DNA of 64,000 nucleotides from the human T2T-CHM13v2.0 reference genome, Homo sapiens, in assembly GCF_009914755.1 (NCBI RefSeq), contig NC_060929.1, one strand, 5' to 3'. Within the stretch, counting starts at the first letter, position 1. Each line of letters starts with the position of its first letter. The notes beneath the pieces were generated by a model. The model worked only from the letters and a program-made list of their open reading frames with translations, was not told the DNA's origin and ran no database searches. Of the stretch, positions 27,583 to 43,000 are shown piece by piece. A program made the position numbers and the translations under genes.

Positions 27583-27609
27583 TTATCCTGGAGTACGATG
27601 TCTCAGCAT
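27583..27609 (-). promoter_or_regulatory. uORF (MLRHRTPG*) with weak Kozak context
   Basis: Minus strand reads cagtagATGCTGAGACATCGTACTCCAGGATAA. Confidence 0.6.
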
Positions 27610-28149
27610 CTACTGTGTGGTGCTCCTTGGTAAGGTCTCCTCAATCGCTGCCCTGGAAGCCCTGAGAAGAGGCAGAGATAGTAGTTATTGTTTTGGCAAA
27701 GACCTGGTCTAAGTGCCAGTCAGTCTACTCTCAGCCTGAGTTACCTGTAAGAGCCTCCTCCTGAGGCTCTCCTATCCTCAGTATCTCCTGTCCACTTGTA
27801 CGTGAGTTTAGAGTGATTTTTTTTTCAAATAGCTAATTTAATTATATCAATATCTTGCTTAAAATCCTTCACCTGAAGCATAAATCCTTCATCCTTCACT
27901 CTTTCATGTCTTGGAGTGTTCTTTTTACCTGAAACTGCTCGCTCTTCTATCCTCATCTCCTCCATGTCACTCACTGATACTCCAAACATAAGGAACATGG
28001 TCGTTAAAGGAAGTCACCTATGTGATGACCTCAAAAGGCAGAGAGACCCAACTTTAAGAAAAGCCAATGTATAGAGACAGGATTACATGTAATAGCTAAA
28101 CTGTGAGAAGTGGGGAATAACTATAAATGAATCACCGGATTAACTGAGT

Positions 28150-28930
28150 CACTCATATATTCATTCATTCATTCAATCAGTCAATATTGTTAGAGCTCTT
28201 TCCATATGCTGTGCTAGGTATAGAATTTGGAAATAGAAAAATAAGTCAGCCTTCCAATGGGAAAAAATTTATCTATCTATCTATCTATCTATCAACGATC
28301 TATCTATCTACGTCACCATCCATAATCTGATAAGAGTTTTTTAAAAAATAGGCATGAATTGTTTCAGAAGTATAAACAGTAAACTGTCTTTCCACCTGGG
28401 TTGAATAAGAAAGGCTCGCTGAAGAAGACACCGTTGGCTTGGAACTTGAGGAGTGGGTAAGATGATAACAGATGGAGAAACAGGTGAAGCATCCTGGGCA
28501 AAGAAAAAAGCAGGTGCCGAGACACAACAGAGAGAAATCACAGTGACTATTTGTGGGAAGAAATAGGGCCTGATTAATTACACCCCTAAATGTGGTTGAT
28601 GGGCACTAATATTGGAAAGGTTTCCTGGAAAGGATAGATGGCGGGGAGGCCTAGAATTCCAAGCTTAGAATGTTGGAATCTTTTTTCAGCAAGCAATGGG
28701 AAAGCTATTGAAGTTCTTGGCAGGTGTGTGCCCTAACAGAGCAGTACTTTGGTGTGGTTATTCTGGTGGCAGAATGGAGAGAGAATGAATGCAAGAAGAC
28801 CACATAGAAGGCAACTGAATTTGTCCAGGTAAAGAATGATGAAAGCCTAATCAGAATTGTGGCAAGAGGAGAGAAAAGGGGTGGGGGAAGGCAGATGTGT
28901 CTTGATTTACAAATTCTTGAATACTTCATA
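28150..28930 (-). mobile_element. L2 LINE fragment containing (TCTA)n at about 28270-28310
   Basis: (ttca)n tail and degraded L2 motifs. Confidence 0.55.
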
Positions 28931-31194
28931 GGAACAAGGGGCCCAGAAAAATAGGAATACTAAATCATTAAAGTCAATGGGAAAAACATGACAAGATCCT
29001 AGAGAAAGCTTCTCTTGCAACCTTTCAGAAAATTGGGCATTGTGTATGTTGAGGAGCTTCAGTCCAGAGCTAAGGGGAACTCCTGCTGACCACCCATATG
29101 TTCCGGCAGCTGCTGCTCTCTTAAGACCCTTGTATCTAGCACTGACAAGCATGCTGGGATCCTGGGCTTTGTGCCATCTGCTCATGAGCACTGAAGCTAT
29201 GCTCTTTGGAGTGTGTCCCTGGGGGAAGGGGGCAGGGAGAGGTTAGGAGACAGGAAGGATGAGACTGTCGGCAGCAGTCATAGAACTGTCCACCACATTC
29301 CATCCTGTGCTAGATGCTGGAGTTGTCCTTCACGCTTCCTTTGCAAATCTGGCCAAATTATTAAAGTGCAGGGCTGCGAGGTCTCTGAGAGGCCATCTTT
29401 TTTTGCTTTTAGTCTTGGAATGAATTCAGCAAGCACATATTGAACATTTGTGTGACCAGCACCAATAGGCAAAAGGATAAATAAGATAGTACTTAAACTC
29501 AAGTAGGTAGTGAGTGAGTAAATTCACATATATATATATATATCTATCTAACAGGTTTCTCTCTATATATTTGATTTCTAAATGTTGTTGTTGTTCTGGG
29601 CTTTTCCAGAGGACCTCCACCAGCCTCCTACGTAGTTATGACCCACAGTTCTATATCCACAGCCCCGACCATTATGCAAACACTAGACTTGTATATACAT
29701 ACAACACCCCATTATGCAAACACCAGACTTGTATATACATACAACACTTTACTTATCAAATCCACTTGAATAGATCTGATTGGCATCTCAAAACTAGCAT
29801 AACTAATGCAGATGTCTTTGTTACATTAGTCCCCCCAAACCTTATTCCCCCCAGGTTTTCCTAGATCATTAAATGGCAAAACCACATGTCCAATTGTCCC
29901 AGATATAAGCCTAGAAATTATATTTTCTTCTATTTTATTCCTTGTTTCTCTTATTCAGTTCACTAAGAAGTTCTGCTTGCTTTGTATATAAAATCTGATC
30001 CGCTTTGGCCAATTTCCCTCAAATCCCTAAAGTGCTGCTGGAACACAGAGTAAAAAAGGAGCTTGGGAATAGCTTCATAGTCCCTTCATTGTTGTCTTCT
30101 TGAATGAAGAATAGGCTTTTCTAAATGCAGATATGAAATGGTAGAGGAAAGAGCTTAAGCAAAAACCTGAAGCCACAAATTTGCCTGGTGTATTTAGAAA
30201 AGGTTGTGAAATGGAAGAAGAGAGACGAGGTGAGATTTCGAAGGTTGTTGCATGATAGGCTAGGGAGTTTGGAGTGGATTTTACAGGCATGAGGAAACAT
30301 GGCAGCATTTGAACATATGTGTAATAACAATAACAGCTGCTAGAGACTGACTGCTCACAACGAGCCCATCATTGGACGAAGGGCTTAACATACTGTTCTT
30401 ACTTAATTCTCACAAAGTTTAGGGAAATATGATTAACTGAAAGATTAGATAACTTAACTAAATTGACCAAGGTCATTGGTGGTAATGCTCAGATTCAAAT
30501 CTAAGCAATCTGAGACCGGGAACCAAGCTCTTTTTCTCTGGACTGCACTGCCTTGTATTTGCATTTTAGGAAGGTAACTGTCAGTATTATGGAAGATGGT
30601 GGAAGAAAGTCAGTTAGGCTGATTTAATGGTCCATGTGAGGGGTAATACAGCCCTCAACAGATAAAAAGAAAGTGGCAACTTTGACACATGGAGTCACTG
30701 ATGGAATCGTGCCCAATTTTTAAACGTTACTATTGTTTTGAACATTCTTCTCTCCCATTGTAAATAATGACTATGAGTTCTACAGAATTGCTTGTAGCAA
30801 AAATGTGCAAAGGGACAGATACAATAGATACATTTTACATCTTAATTTATAATTCTACTTCAAAATATAATATTATGTGCCGGACTTTATATATTTTTAG
30901 CCTGGGAATTATTGTGAACTTAGTCCCACAAAGGGTGAGGAAAAGGAAAAGGTGAAAAAAAAATAGATGCACATTCAGAAGAGAAAAAAGCATCACAGGA
31001 AGTTATTGATAGCATCAGCCTATGGGTGCCTTAAGGTGAGCAACTTCATATCCATGGTCCTATACACCCCTCTGGTGGAGGAGAACTTTCCAAACTCTTC
31101 TCCAGTTGTAATGGGTGCCTGGCAATCTCATGATTCTCATACTCTAATTTTACTGCATCTCTTTTGTCTCCTTGTGCTGCTTTTTTTTTTTTAT

Positions 31195-31640
31195 TTTCAC
31201 AGCTTCTTTGAGATATAAGTCACATACCGTAACATTCACATTTTTAAAATGTACAATTCAGTGGTTTTTAGTATATTCACAAGGTTGCATAAACAGCATC
31301 ACAATCAATTTTAGAACATTTTCGTCACTCCCAAAAGAAACTCTATACCTGTTAGCCATAATTCACTATTCCCCACGCAGCTCTCTCAGCCCTAGGCAAC
31401 CACTAAGTCTATTTAGTGTTTTGTCTCTACTTAGTTTTGTCTCTGGATTTGTCTGTTCTGGACATTTTGTATAAGTGGAATCATATGACATTTTTTTTTT
31501 TTTTTTTTTTTTGTGACTGGCTTCTTCCACTTTAGCATAATGTTTTCCAGGTTCATCCATGTTGTAGCATGGATTGATACTTCATTTCTATTGCTGAATA
31601 ATATTCTATTGTAGGGATAAACTGCATCTTATTTATTCAT
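31195..31640 (-). mobile_element. L1MB-type 3' fragment
   Basis: tgtacaattcagtggtttttagtatattcacaa and ggttcatccatgttgtagcatg motifs. Confidence 0.8.
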
Positions 31641-31757
31641 TCATTGCCTGATGGATTCTCTTGCTGCCTTTGTGTAAGTGGCTTAAGGTCAGGCTTCTAC
31701 AGAAGCTGCCAGCCATCACAAGGGACATCACTCTTGAGTGCAAAAAAGAGAGTGCCT

Positions 31758-32213
<456 letters not shown>

Positions 32214-33409
32214 TTACAACATAAAAAACTTGAAGGAACTTTAAGTGAACCCTAGATTTCTAGCTCCTAGCTGCATGGTCAGGCAGCAGTAGCCCCAGGC
32301 AACATTGTGAGGCATCAAATATGTGAATTTTAGCTTACTCTTCAGGCCTTCCACTATCCCTAATCAGGCACCTCCTACAGCCTCTGAGGCTGAGTTTCTC
32401 TGTAATGGTTTCTATCTCTGATAAAGATATTAGAGAAGTTAGAGACAGCCTCTTAGAAAGTTTTGCATTTTGAAGATCATTGCTTAAGAGCACACCTTTG
32501 TGGAGGAATGGATCATTAGTGAAAGAATTACAGGCATCATTCCTTCATTTATCAGACATTTATTGAGAAGGAAATATAGTGTAGTATTTTAGAGGAGGGC
32601 TTCCTGAATCTTTGGTCTAGTTACATCAAAATCTACTTGAGAGCTCTAGTGATAAGAAGCTCCACTTCTGGAGATTCTGATGTAGTAATTGGCACATGAT
32701 TCTGATACACAGGCATCTCTGAGAACATTTGATTAAAAGTATGGGCTACGGAGTTAGACAAACCTGTTTAAATTCCACCTCTGCCTTTAGTAGCTGTATG
32801 ATCTTAAATCACTTAATTCTCTAGGCCTCAATATTCCTCATCTTTCAAATGGGGTTTGGAGGGACGGGGATATGTAGTACCTATGACACTGGATTGCTTG
32901 GCAATTAAACAAACGGATGTAAGTGATGCTCTTGCACAGCTCACGACGCAAGAACTAACCATTTATTGAGTGCTTTCTATCTCTACTGTTAGCCACAGTG
33001 GAGGAAATAAAATACCCTATAAGCGCTGTCTTCAAGATGCTTAAATTGAATAAGAATGACAGGGGATGTGTAAAATTATTGATAACTCAAGTTCTACACT
33101 TACAGAAGACTTTATATATTAAAAGAGCCCTTTATTTAGGAACTGGCACAAAACTCTTGAGGGAGAGAAGCCACTGAGAGAAGAGGAGTGACATCAGCAG
33201 AGGCAAATGCAGCCTCTGTCCCTTCTCACCAAGGTTCCTCCTGGCAGGGTACTTCTGGAGACCAGGAGTGGGATGCCCCATCTGAAATCATCTTGAATCA
33301 TCTACTCCCAATATAGTCCTTTTACATCTTTTAGTGTTTAGGCAGCTTCCAAATCCATTCTTGATAAACAAATTTTCAGGTCTAAAAATTCCCATTCAGC
33401 ATTCTTCTT

Positions 33410-34285
33410 TTTTAATTGACAAAAAGTATGTATTTATGGTGTACAATATGATGTTTTGAAATATGTATAATTGTGGAATGTCTAAATCAAGCAAATTATC
33501 ATATGCATTAACTCACATACTTTTTTTGTGGTGAGAACACTTAAAATCTACTTTCCTAGCAACTTTTAAGTATACAACACATTTCTATTAACTATACTCA
33601 CCATGTTATACAACAGATCTCCATCCAGACTTACTCCTCCTAACTCACTGAAATTTTGTATCTTTTGACCAACATCTCTCTATTCTTCCCTCCCCACCTG
33701 CTCCTCACCTTTTTTTTGTTCGTTTGTTTGAGACGGAGTCTTGCTCTGTTGCCCAGGCTGGAGTGCAGTGGTGCGAACTTGGCTTACTGCAACCTTTGCC
33801 CCCCGGATTCAAGCATTCTCCTGCCTCAGCCTCCTGAGTAGCTGGGATTACAGGCATGCGCCACCACTCTCGGCTAATTTTTGTATTTTTAGTAAAGATG
33901 GGGTTTCACCATGTTGTTCAGGCTGGTCTCGAACTTCTAACCTCATGAACTGCCCACCTCAGCCTCCCAAAGTGCTGGGATTGCAGGTGTGAGCCACCAC
34001 GCCTGGCTACCCCCTGGCCCGCTTAATCACCATTCCACTCTCTGCTACTGTATGAGTATGACCTTTTCAGATTTTCCATATAAATGAAATCATGCACTAT
34101 TAGTCTTTCTGTACTTGGCTTATTTTACTTAATATAATGTCCTCTGGGTCCATCCATGTCACAAATGAAAATTTTCTTTGTTTTTAAAAGCTGAATAGTA
34201 CTTTATACCACATTCTCTTTATCCATTTATTTGGTGATGGATACTGAGGTTGATTTCATATCTTGGTTATTCTGAATAATAGCAT
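33410..34285 (-). mobile_element. L1MA-type 3' fragment interrupted by an Alu
   Basis: gtggtgagaacacttaaaatctac and the following L1MA 3' UTR motifs. Confidence 0.75.
33710..34008 (-). mobile_element. AluS (Sg/Sc-like)
   Basis: Reverse-strand dimeric Alu with a T-rich tail. Confidence 0.92.
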
Positions 34286-34377
34286 TATTCTTTTTGAATG
34301 ACAAACACTGCAATATTAAAATCAAGAAATTGGAAACATCAAATCAATTTATAAGTATTTACAAATAATGATTCTAG

Positions 34378-34545
34378 GAGTGTAACTGAGTTGCAACTCA
34401 GAGGAGAAATGCTTGAGGGGATAGATATCCCATTCTCCATGATGTACTTATTTCACATTGCATGCCTGTATCAAAACATCTTATGTACTTCATTTATGTA
34501 TATACCTACTACATACCCATAAAAATTGAAAATTAAAAAAAAACT
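34378..34545 (+). mobile_element. L1MA1/2-like 3' end
   Basis: aaatgcttgagggga...cattgcatgcctgtatcaaaacatc...poly(A). Confidence 0.75.
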
Positions 34546-34667
34546 TTTCAGAAGAAAAAAATGTGATGAATTCATGCTATCAATCTTAGGTTATAATCCT
34601 GGTTGTATACTCTGTGCAGGAAAGTAAAAATATCCTAGAAATACTGTTTTGATGTCCAACTACATTT

Positions 34668-34987
<320 letters not shown>

Positions 34988-37436
34988 TCCAACTACATTT
35001 TCTACTGACTCTCACATCATAAAATACCACACAATTCTTTGTCAGAAATGTAGCCACGTGGTCAAGAAAATATGGCCACTATTTACTGAGTACTCTTCTT
35101 AGCTTTTGGTAGATGTTAAAAAGTGTACCATTCCTACCTTTAGGTGGCTTCCAACCTAGAGAGGAGACAAACACCTGCAAAAAGAAAACTAATTCTAGAA
35201 AGCAGGGAATAGTAAATGCTATGAATGTAGCTCAGAGTGGAGTGATAAAGCATGAAGACTTCATAAAAAGGATGGCATTGAGCTGAGCCTGAATGATATT
35301 ACCTACCTTAATGAAGCTCCTACTCTGTGCCAGGCAATGGCATTAACTCATTGAACTATTCCAATTAAACTTTGCAGACATTTACTTTTATTAGTTTTTA
35401 GATAGGGAAATTGAGGCTCAAAGAGGTTAATTAACTTGCAAAAAGTTACACAGTTAAGAAATGGCAGAGCTGCAACTCAAATACACATGTCAGTCTCCAA
35501 AGCGGCTTAGCTATAATAACACTTTCCTAAAGAGAGGGCAGGATTCAGCTCTGGTTGCCGACAGGCTACAGAGGTGGCAAAGGTGTCAGCTGGGATGTGA
35601 TAAAGAGAGCGATTTCATACACTAGGAGAGTGTATGAAATAGAATGGTACAAAATAGAATGGTGATTAGTAACAGTTAAGAGTTTGGAATTTGAAATCAG
35701 AAACTGGTTTTGAATAAAATTTCCTAGCTGTATATTCTTGAGAAGTTGCTTAAACTCTCTAAGCTTCTGTTTCCTCACTGTAAAATAGGAAAAGTGCTGT
35801 ATTTACCTCATTGAGCTGTTTCAAGGAATAAATGAGTTAAAGTATATAAGATAACTAGCAAATTATTTTTATCATTGTTATATTTCCTTTTTTATGACCT
35901 AACTATCCACTAAACATCATCTTAAATTTAGAGGGAATAGGAAACTGATTTATCACCTATTTGTGTTAAAAGGACAGGGTAGAGAAAGCACAGAGATCCC
36001 TGAAGAGACTAAAGAAATCCATGCTTCTGCTTCTGGGGAAATACGACCTACATTGACAGGGTCAGTATTCCCAGGGGTCTTGGCTTTGTAGCTGGTTCTG
36101 CCCCAAGCTATAAGCTGAATAAAGTCATTATTAATCTCAAGGTTTCCAATATGGCTGTTGCCACTGCAATGTGATGTGAAAGCAACTGTTATATAAAATA
36201 GTTGCGTTCACATGTATGAAGCTAAATGCTTCAACCCTTCTCTATAATTAATATTTGGATATGTCAATTCTAACAAAGCCTTCTTAGTTCTTCTAAGCCT
36301 CCCTTCTTTTCCAAAGATGATGCTTTTCAATGAGATGCTATTAGTGTTTAAAATGAATGAAGTAAACTTGCATACTTTATTCCTGGTCACCTGCAGTGAC
36401 ATCCTGTCACTTGTTAAACCCTTCTCCATGCAGGAAAAATGTCACACTGTGTATTCATAAATTTGACCCAAAAATTTAATGTAAAGGAGAGAGGGCTGCT
36501 ATTTAAGCCAGTCCAACATTGAAGTTCTACCTTCTCTTAATAAAGGGAATGTGGTGGCATGGCTATAGAGTCAAAAAGTTTTAATCCATTACATGTCAGT
36601 TAGAGAAAAATGAATGTGAAATATTCACATTCAGCATAGTAGCAATTTTGCATCTTTTGGATTGTAAATTTCCAGGTTTGTATGACTTTTGGTTTGTTTT
36701 CTTTCTCCTAGTGTATGAAATCGCTGTCTTTATCACATCATCATAATAGTAGTTGTTACAAATTATTTAATGTCAATACACTGTTTCACATGAAAAGAAT
36801 GCTATATAAATATAACCAAAAAGTTATTACTCATGATAAATAAATAATTTGGATCTCAGGTTTAAAACTTCACATTTGAAATATGCTTCATAAAGTATGG
36901 AGAGAAAGCACTCAGCACACATACAAGAGACATCCAGCCTCTTTAAGGGGGACTGCCAGGAAGGCTTGGTAGAAGTAATGTCTAAGTTGAGATCCAAAGC
37001 AAGTAGTATTCATCCAGAACTGATCTACTAAGCAAACCCTTGACTTTGCTCATGCAATTCTTTGTTTGATTTCCCTTTTCCTCCCTCAACTCCCTGGTGA
37101 ACTCCATCCTACTCATCTTTTAGGGCCAGATCAAATATCATGTCATACCACTTTTCTTCATACCTCTTCACCATACCCCGGGTGGAATAAATTATTCCTT
37201 CATCCGGGTTTTCATTTTCACTTTGAAGATATTTCTTACAGCATTCATCACTGATTCTTCAATTTATTAACTCACTAAAATACAAATATTCATGAAGTGC
37301 CTGGTGGAGGACATGTGTGTGCTAAGCAAGAGAGACAGCATACTTGCCCACCCTAGGGGAGGAATCAGCAATTTAATACAGTGTGATAATCATACAGAGG
37401 ACAGGAGATGGGCATCATAGGAATCTCAGTGAGTCA

Positions 37437-37832
<396 letters not shown>

Positions 37833-38914
37833 TTATGGTGGGAAAGAAGAATATTCTAGGCAGAAGGAATGCTAAGCATGAAGACCTAGAGGTAAAAGAG
37901 AATAAGAATGATGCTCTGGAGAGACATACTGGCAAAAGTTTTGTGAGTGAATAGAAAAATGGCAAGAGGTCAGCTTGGAGAGGTAAGCAGTGGCAGATGG
38001 TAGAGGGTAGTCTAAACCATGTCAAAGTTATGGACTTCATCCACAAATCAATGTGTAGTCACTGGAGGATTTCACATAGGGGAGTGACTTGATGAAATGT
38101 TGGTTTTAGTAATATTCCTCTGGCAGTAGAAGGTAGAATGAACTAAGAAGGTGAACACAGGTATACAAAGAACAGTTAGGAGAATGTGGCCATAATCCAG
38201 TATATATACAGAATGATAACTATTCAATAATTATTATTCAGGTGACTGAGTCCCAGTTAAGAGTAAAACTGTGTGTTATTCATCTTTGTGCTCATTGTAC
38301 CTGTCAACAATGACTACCATGAAGTTCAATCTAATTAACATTGATCCAGATCCAAGGAAAACACTGAGATTGAATGACATATTTTGTAATTTCTACAGAG
38401 ACCATTTATAATAAGCTTTATTATGGGAAATTTCTTTTATTTTGCAGGAGCCCTTGAATGGCTGTTTCAGGTAAAAGTTAAAGCTTGATGTAACACTAGA
38501 ATAAACAATAAAATTAAATGTATTTTTCTTTAAGCCACTTGCTGACATTTCTTAATCCTTGCCTCCATCCATCATAGTAACAAGCTTAATTTCACTCCTC
38601 AGCACTGGGTAAGTCATCTTGTATTGTACTCTTTTGTCTGGATTTAGAAGGCTTTTGCTAGGATGAATTTAACAAAGTAAGTCTTTAAGTGTCATATAGT
38701 CTTATTTTATTGTATTTTTTCTCTGGATTCAAAGTGTTTTACAGCTGTTGCAGAGTAAGAAGTGTCAACTTCATTGGACATGAAGGAGAAATCTCAAACA
38801 GAGCGGGAAGCAATTATGTATTCAAGGTCAGGCAGAGCAAGAAACATGCATCAGAGCCCCCACCTGAGGCAGGTAATTGCTGTATATGTGCACAGTTACT
38901 AAAAACAATCTGGC

Positions 38915-39239
<325 letters not shown>

Positions 39240-40002
39240 CTAGCATGTAAAGTTAAAAAAAATGCCCAAATTATTGGAGGGAGTGGCTTTCATAGAACAT
39301 ATTTATAACTGACAGCAAGATTTTCTATTTTAGGCATAAGTGAAACATATATAACCTATTCTGTTGTTTCCTTGGTGACTGTTTTCAAAGGTCTTGAATT
39401 TTTTTAAAAAGCTATCATAAAGCCACCTTTTCAAGGTGTCAGACATGAGCAGAAATGTCTATATATAGGAGAATAATGTGTGCCTGCTACTTAAAAAAGG
39501 CAGAACAATTTCAATATAAAGATGTATACAGATTAATATTACTTAAGTAAAAGTACATGAAGGTTGGATAAAATAGCTTTCGGATATATTACATAGTTCT
39601 ATTATAAAGAATTGCATTTAATTTTCCATACTTTACATAAGAGAAACTGGCTATTAGTATTTTCCCTATGTTATACTATGGTATCTATAATATAGGAATA
39701 AATTACAGAGCAATACAGATCTGTTTTTAACACTGAGGATTCTTTTTTGAGTTTTGTCCCAGGGGTCAGTGCTCACCTACATTTTCTGTCCAGTTGATGG
39801 GATCTTAAAAGCAAGACCGTTAGGTTGACTAATGGAAGGTAGTCAACGTATCCACATAGGCCAAATTCCACAGGAAAATCACTTCAGGAATCAGACCATC
39901 AACTAACTTTTAGACCATAATTATGTGCAAGGCATTGTGGTAGAGTTAAAGATAATACAATATGTATCTACCAAAAAAGCCTGCATATTCTAAGTGCCAG
40001 AG

Positions 40003-40003
<1 letters not shown>

Positions 40004-40041
<38 letters not shown>
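40004..40041. repeat. (CA)n microsatellite, about 19 units
   Basis: Seen directly. Confidence 0.95.
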
Positions 40042-40043
<2 letters not shown>

Positions 40044-43000
40044 AGAACAAGAGGAATTGTATCATGAGGCCAAGACTATATCTGGCTCCCTGTTAAATCC
40101 CAGTGTCTAATATAATATTGGGCATAGGTAAATTCTGAAAAAATACTTCTGAATAAATAGATGACTTCACCAAAACAGAAGATTTTATGATTAAGGCTGG
40201 GAAATGAAGGGTGAATAGGAGGGATTGAGGAAAGTTAAAAAGGTAGGACAAGTGGAGATAAGTGTGAGGAATAAATTGTAGATCACTGTGTTTGGTATGG
40301 AAAGTTTAATCTGAGAAACCAATAGGTGTGCAGTTAGAAAAATAAACTGGAGGCAAACTATGTATGTCTTGCCTGCCTAGGTAGTGAATTTTTACTTGGT
40401 TTAATAATTACTGGGAATGTGATAAATATTTTTAAGAGAAGAGGCACGCTCTATTTTTTTTCTAAGAAGGGCTAATCTTGAAGTTATATGCAGAGCAGAA
40501 GGGAAGAGAAAGAAATTAGAGGCTGTAGGTCCTGATAGAAATCTATTGCAAATGATCAGAGATAAAAAATGAAGCTTGGATTATGATGGAGGGGTAGAAG
40601 AGCTTTTCTCTTTCCTAAGCTAAAGGAACTTACTCATCTCACCATTATCATTTTCTTCATCATTCCACATCTTCTCTTTAGAGAGCACTTAGTGTGTGCT
40701 GACCACTGTACAATGCAGCAATTTTTGTGCATCCTTCCATTTCATACTTAAAACAAGATTATGAGATACATGGAGTTATTATTTCCCTATAACTTGAGTT
40801 AATAGGAGGTCAATCCCTTACGCAAAGTCACAGTGCTAGCAAAAGACATAATTAGAATGTGTTTGAGCCTGAAGCTTCTTAGTGCTTCTCTCAAGCTAGT
40901 ATGTAATGCAGAAAAAGTCTGTATAATGTGCTCATTACTAGGCAATAGTCAAAGAGAGAAGGAAAGGTTGAAGATGATACCCAACTCTCAGTAAGGGACA
41001 TTGGAAGAATGTAGGTAACATCAATGAACTCAGTAAGATCAAAGAAGTCACCCATGTGTTTCAAAATAAGAAAAGCTAATATTTTCAGGGGGCTTAGTAT
41101 AAGCTAGGCACTACAGTAAATGATCTATATTAACTATTATATTAAGGAAAAAGAAGCTCAAAGAAGAAATATAGATTGTGCAAAATTGTAGGTGGTAAAT
41201 AGCAAAGGCAGTGCATAATAACATGGCTAGCCTTACTCCGGAGCCTATAAGCCCAACTGTACCAGAAATACTGTACTAGAAATACTTCAGTTTGTTTTTA
41301 CAGAAATCATATTTGAGGGAAAGCAGTACCATCTTCTTACTATTTATTGATTTACCTACTTAAAAAATTTATTCCACAACTTATTTGAAAGCAATTTCTA
41401 AGCACTTTATAGAAATAAACTTCAACATAATGTGATGTAAGGCATTTAAAATGAAGTAGATAGCATATATGTTTATATATATAAAGATAGGTGTTCAAAT
41501 AGCAGTAATTTTTTTTGAATGGCAGATGATCAGAGATCTTAATTTAAAATAATTGAGGCTTTTCTTTTCCTTAAGGTTTCTATAATTGTATAGCTTCTAT
41601 AATCAGAATAAAATAATGTTTCTGGCATAGCGCAGGGTGGCGGATATGGTGGGAAGCAAAACACAGAATTCAGTGAGGACAAGTGGAGCAAAGGGAAAAT
41701 AAGGTAGACAACCAGCTGAAGCTAGGAGTGAGGCTGGAACACAATGGCCATGCTTTTGGCATAACATCATGAAAAGCTGGAATTAATGCAAACATAGGGA
41801 CCTTGTTCCTAATCTGAAATGCTTTGGGCTCTAAAGTGCCTCTCCTCTTCATTGAACAGAGAACCAGCCATTAGTCACAGCGAGTCACAGCACAATTGTC
41901 CACGCTGCAAAACCTGACTTAATTGGAATCAACAAGGCCAGAACAAACTTCTGAATGTATGCCAGTCTCTTTTCATGAAGGGACTGTGCAGTCAGTTAGA
42001 TTGGAACTTGAATAAATCGTTTTTTTGGAAATCAGTGTTGGTGGGGGGGCACTGTTTTCCATCAAATCTACCTTTCTTGGGGAAGCCAGCCTCTCTCACG
42101 CATATCTTACCAAACTCACGGGTACAAATCACTCAAGGAAATAAATTGGATACCCTATAATGTTCACTTTTTTCCCTTCAATGTCTCTATCACATATTTG
42201 CTCTATAGAAGCAGGGATTTCCCTGGGCCTGTTCACCACTGTATCCGCAGTGCTTAGCACAGTGCCTCATAGTAGAAACTCTAAAATGTTTGCTGAAGGG
42301 GTACCTGAATGGAGCCAAAATGAACTTATCATTGGCAAGAGTAAAGAATTCCTTAAACCCGCAAAATTTTAATGTTGTTCTTCCAAAGCACAGATGACTA
42401 CAGCATGAAGTGTCACTTACCATTGAGTAAACCTAATGATGTTTTATCCACATTAAACTCTGTAGTATATTAATTGTATTTATATACTTAAAAATTGAGC
42501 AATATATTTCCAAATGTAAGAAATTTATATTTGAGAAACACATTTTCCTCCCAGCATTTTCTTTATTACCTGGCACATGAAACTAGGAATTATAATTTCT
42601 CATTTTAAGTTTTAAGCTATTTCTATAGACAACTTATTAGGAAAAACAAATCTCCAGGGCTCATAATTTTTTCTTATATATCTTAAAATCTCAGAAGATT
42701 CTGGGAGCCATTGTTTTCTTTTTGTATAGTAAGCAATCTTTGATATTCCAAAGCCCTGGAGTCCTGGCCTATAATATTCTAGATCATCATAGCACTTGTA
42801 AAGATAATTACTGTTCTTCATCCACTTACTCACCTCCTACTGTGACAGATGAATACTACTACTACTACTGCTAATCATCATCATAATTGTCATTATTGAC
42901 CATTTACTACTGCTGGTCACTGTGCAAATCTATTTACATGCATTATCTTTTTAATGCTCTGAGGTGAGTGTTAAAAGTCATCTTCCAGCCTTGAACGTAT

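Noticed and set aside
34386-34401. Perfect 16-bp palindrome CTGAGTTGCAACTCAG
   Set aside because: About one is expected by chance in 64 kb, and it lies at the edge of an L1MA fragment.
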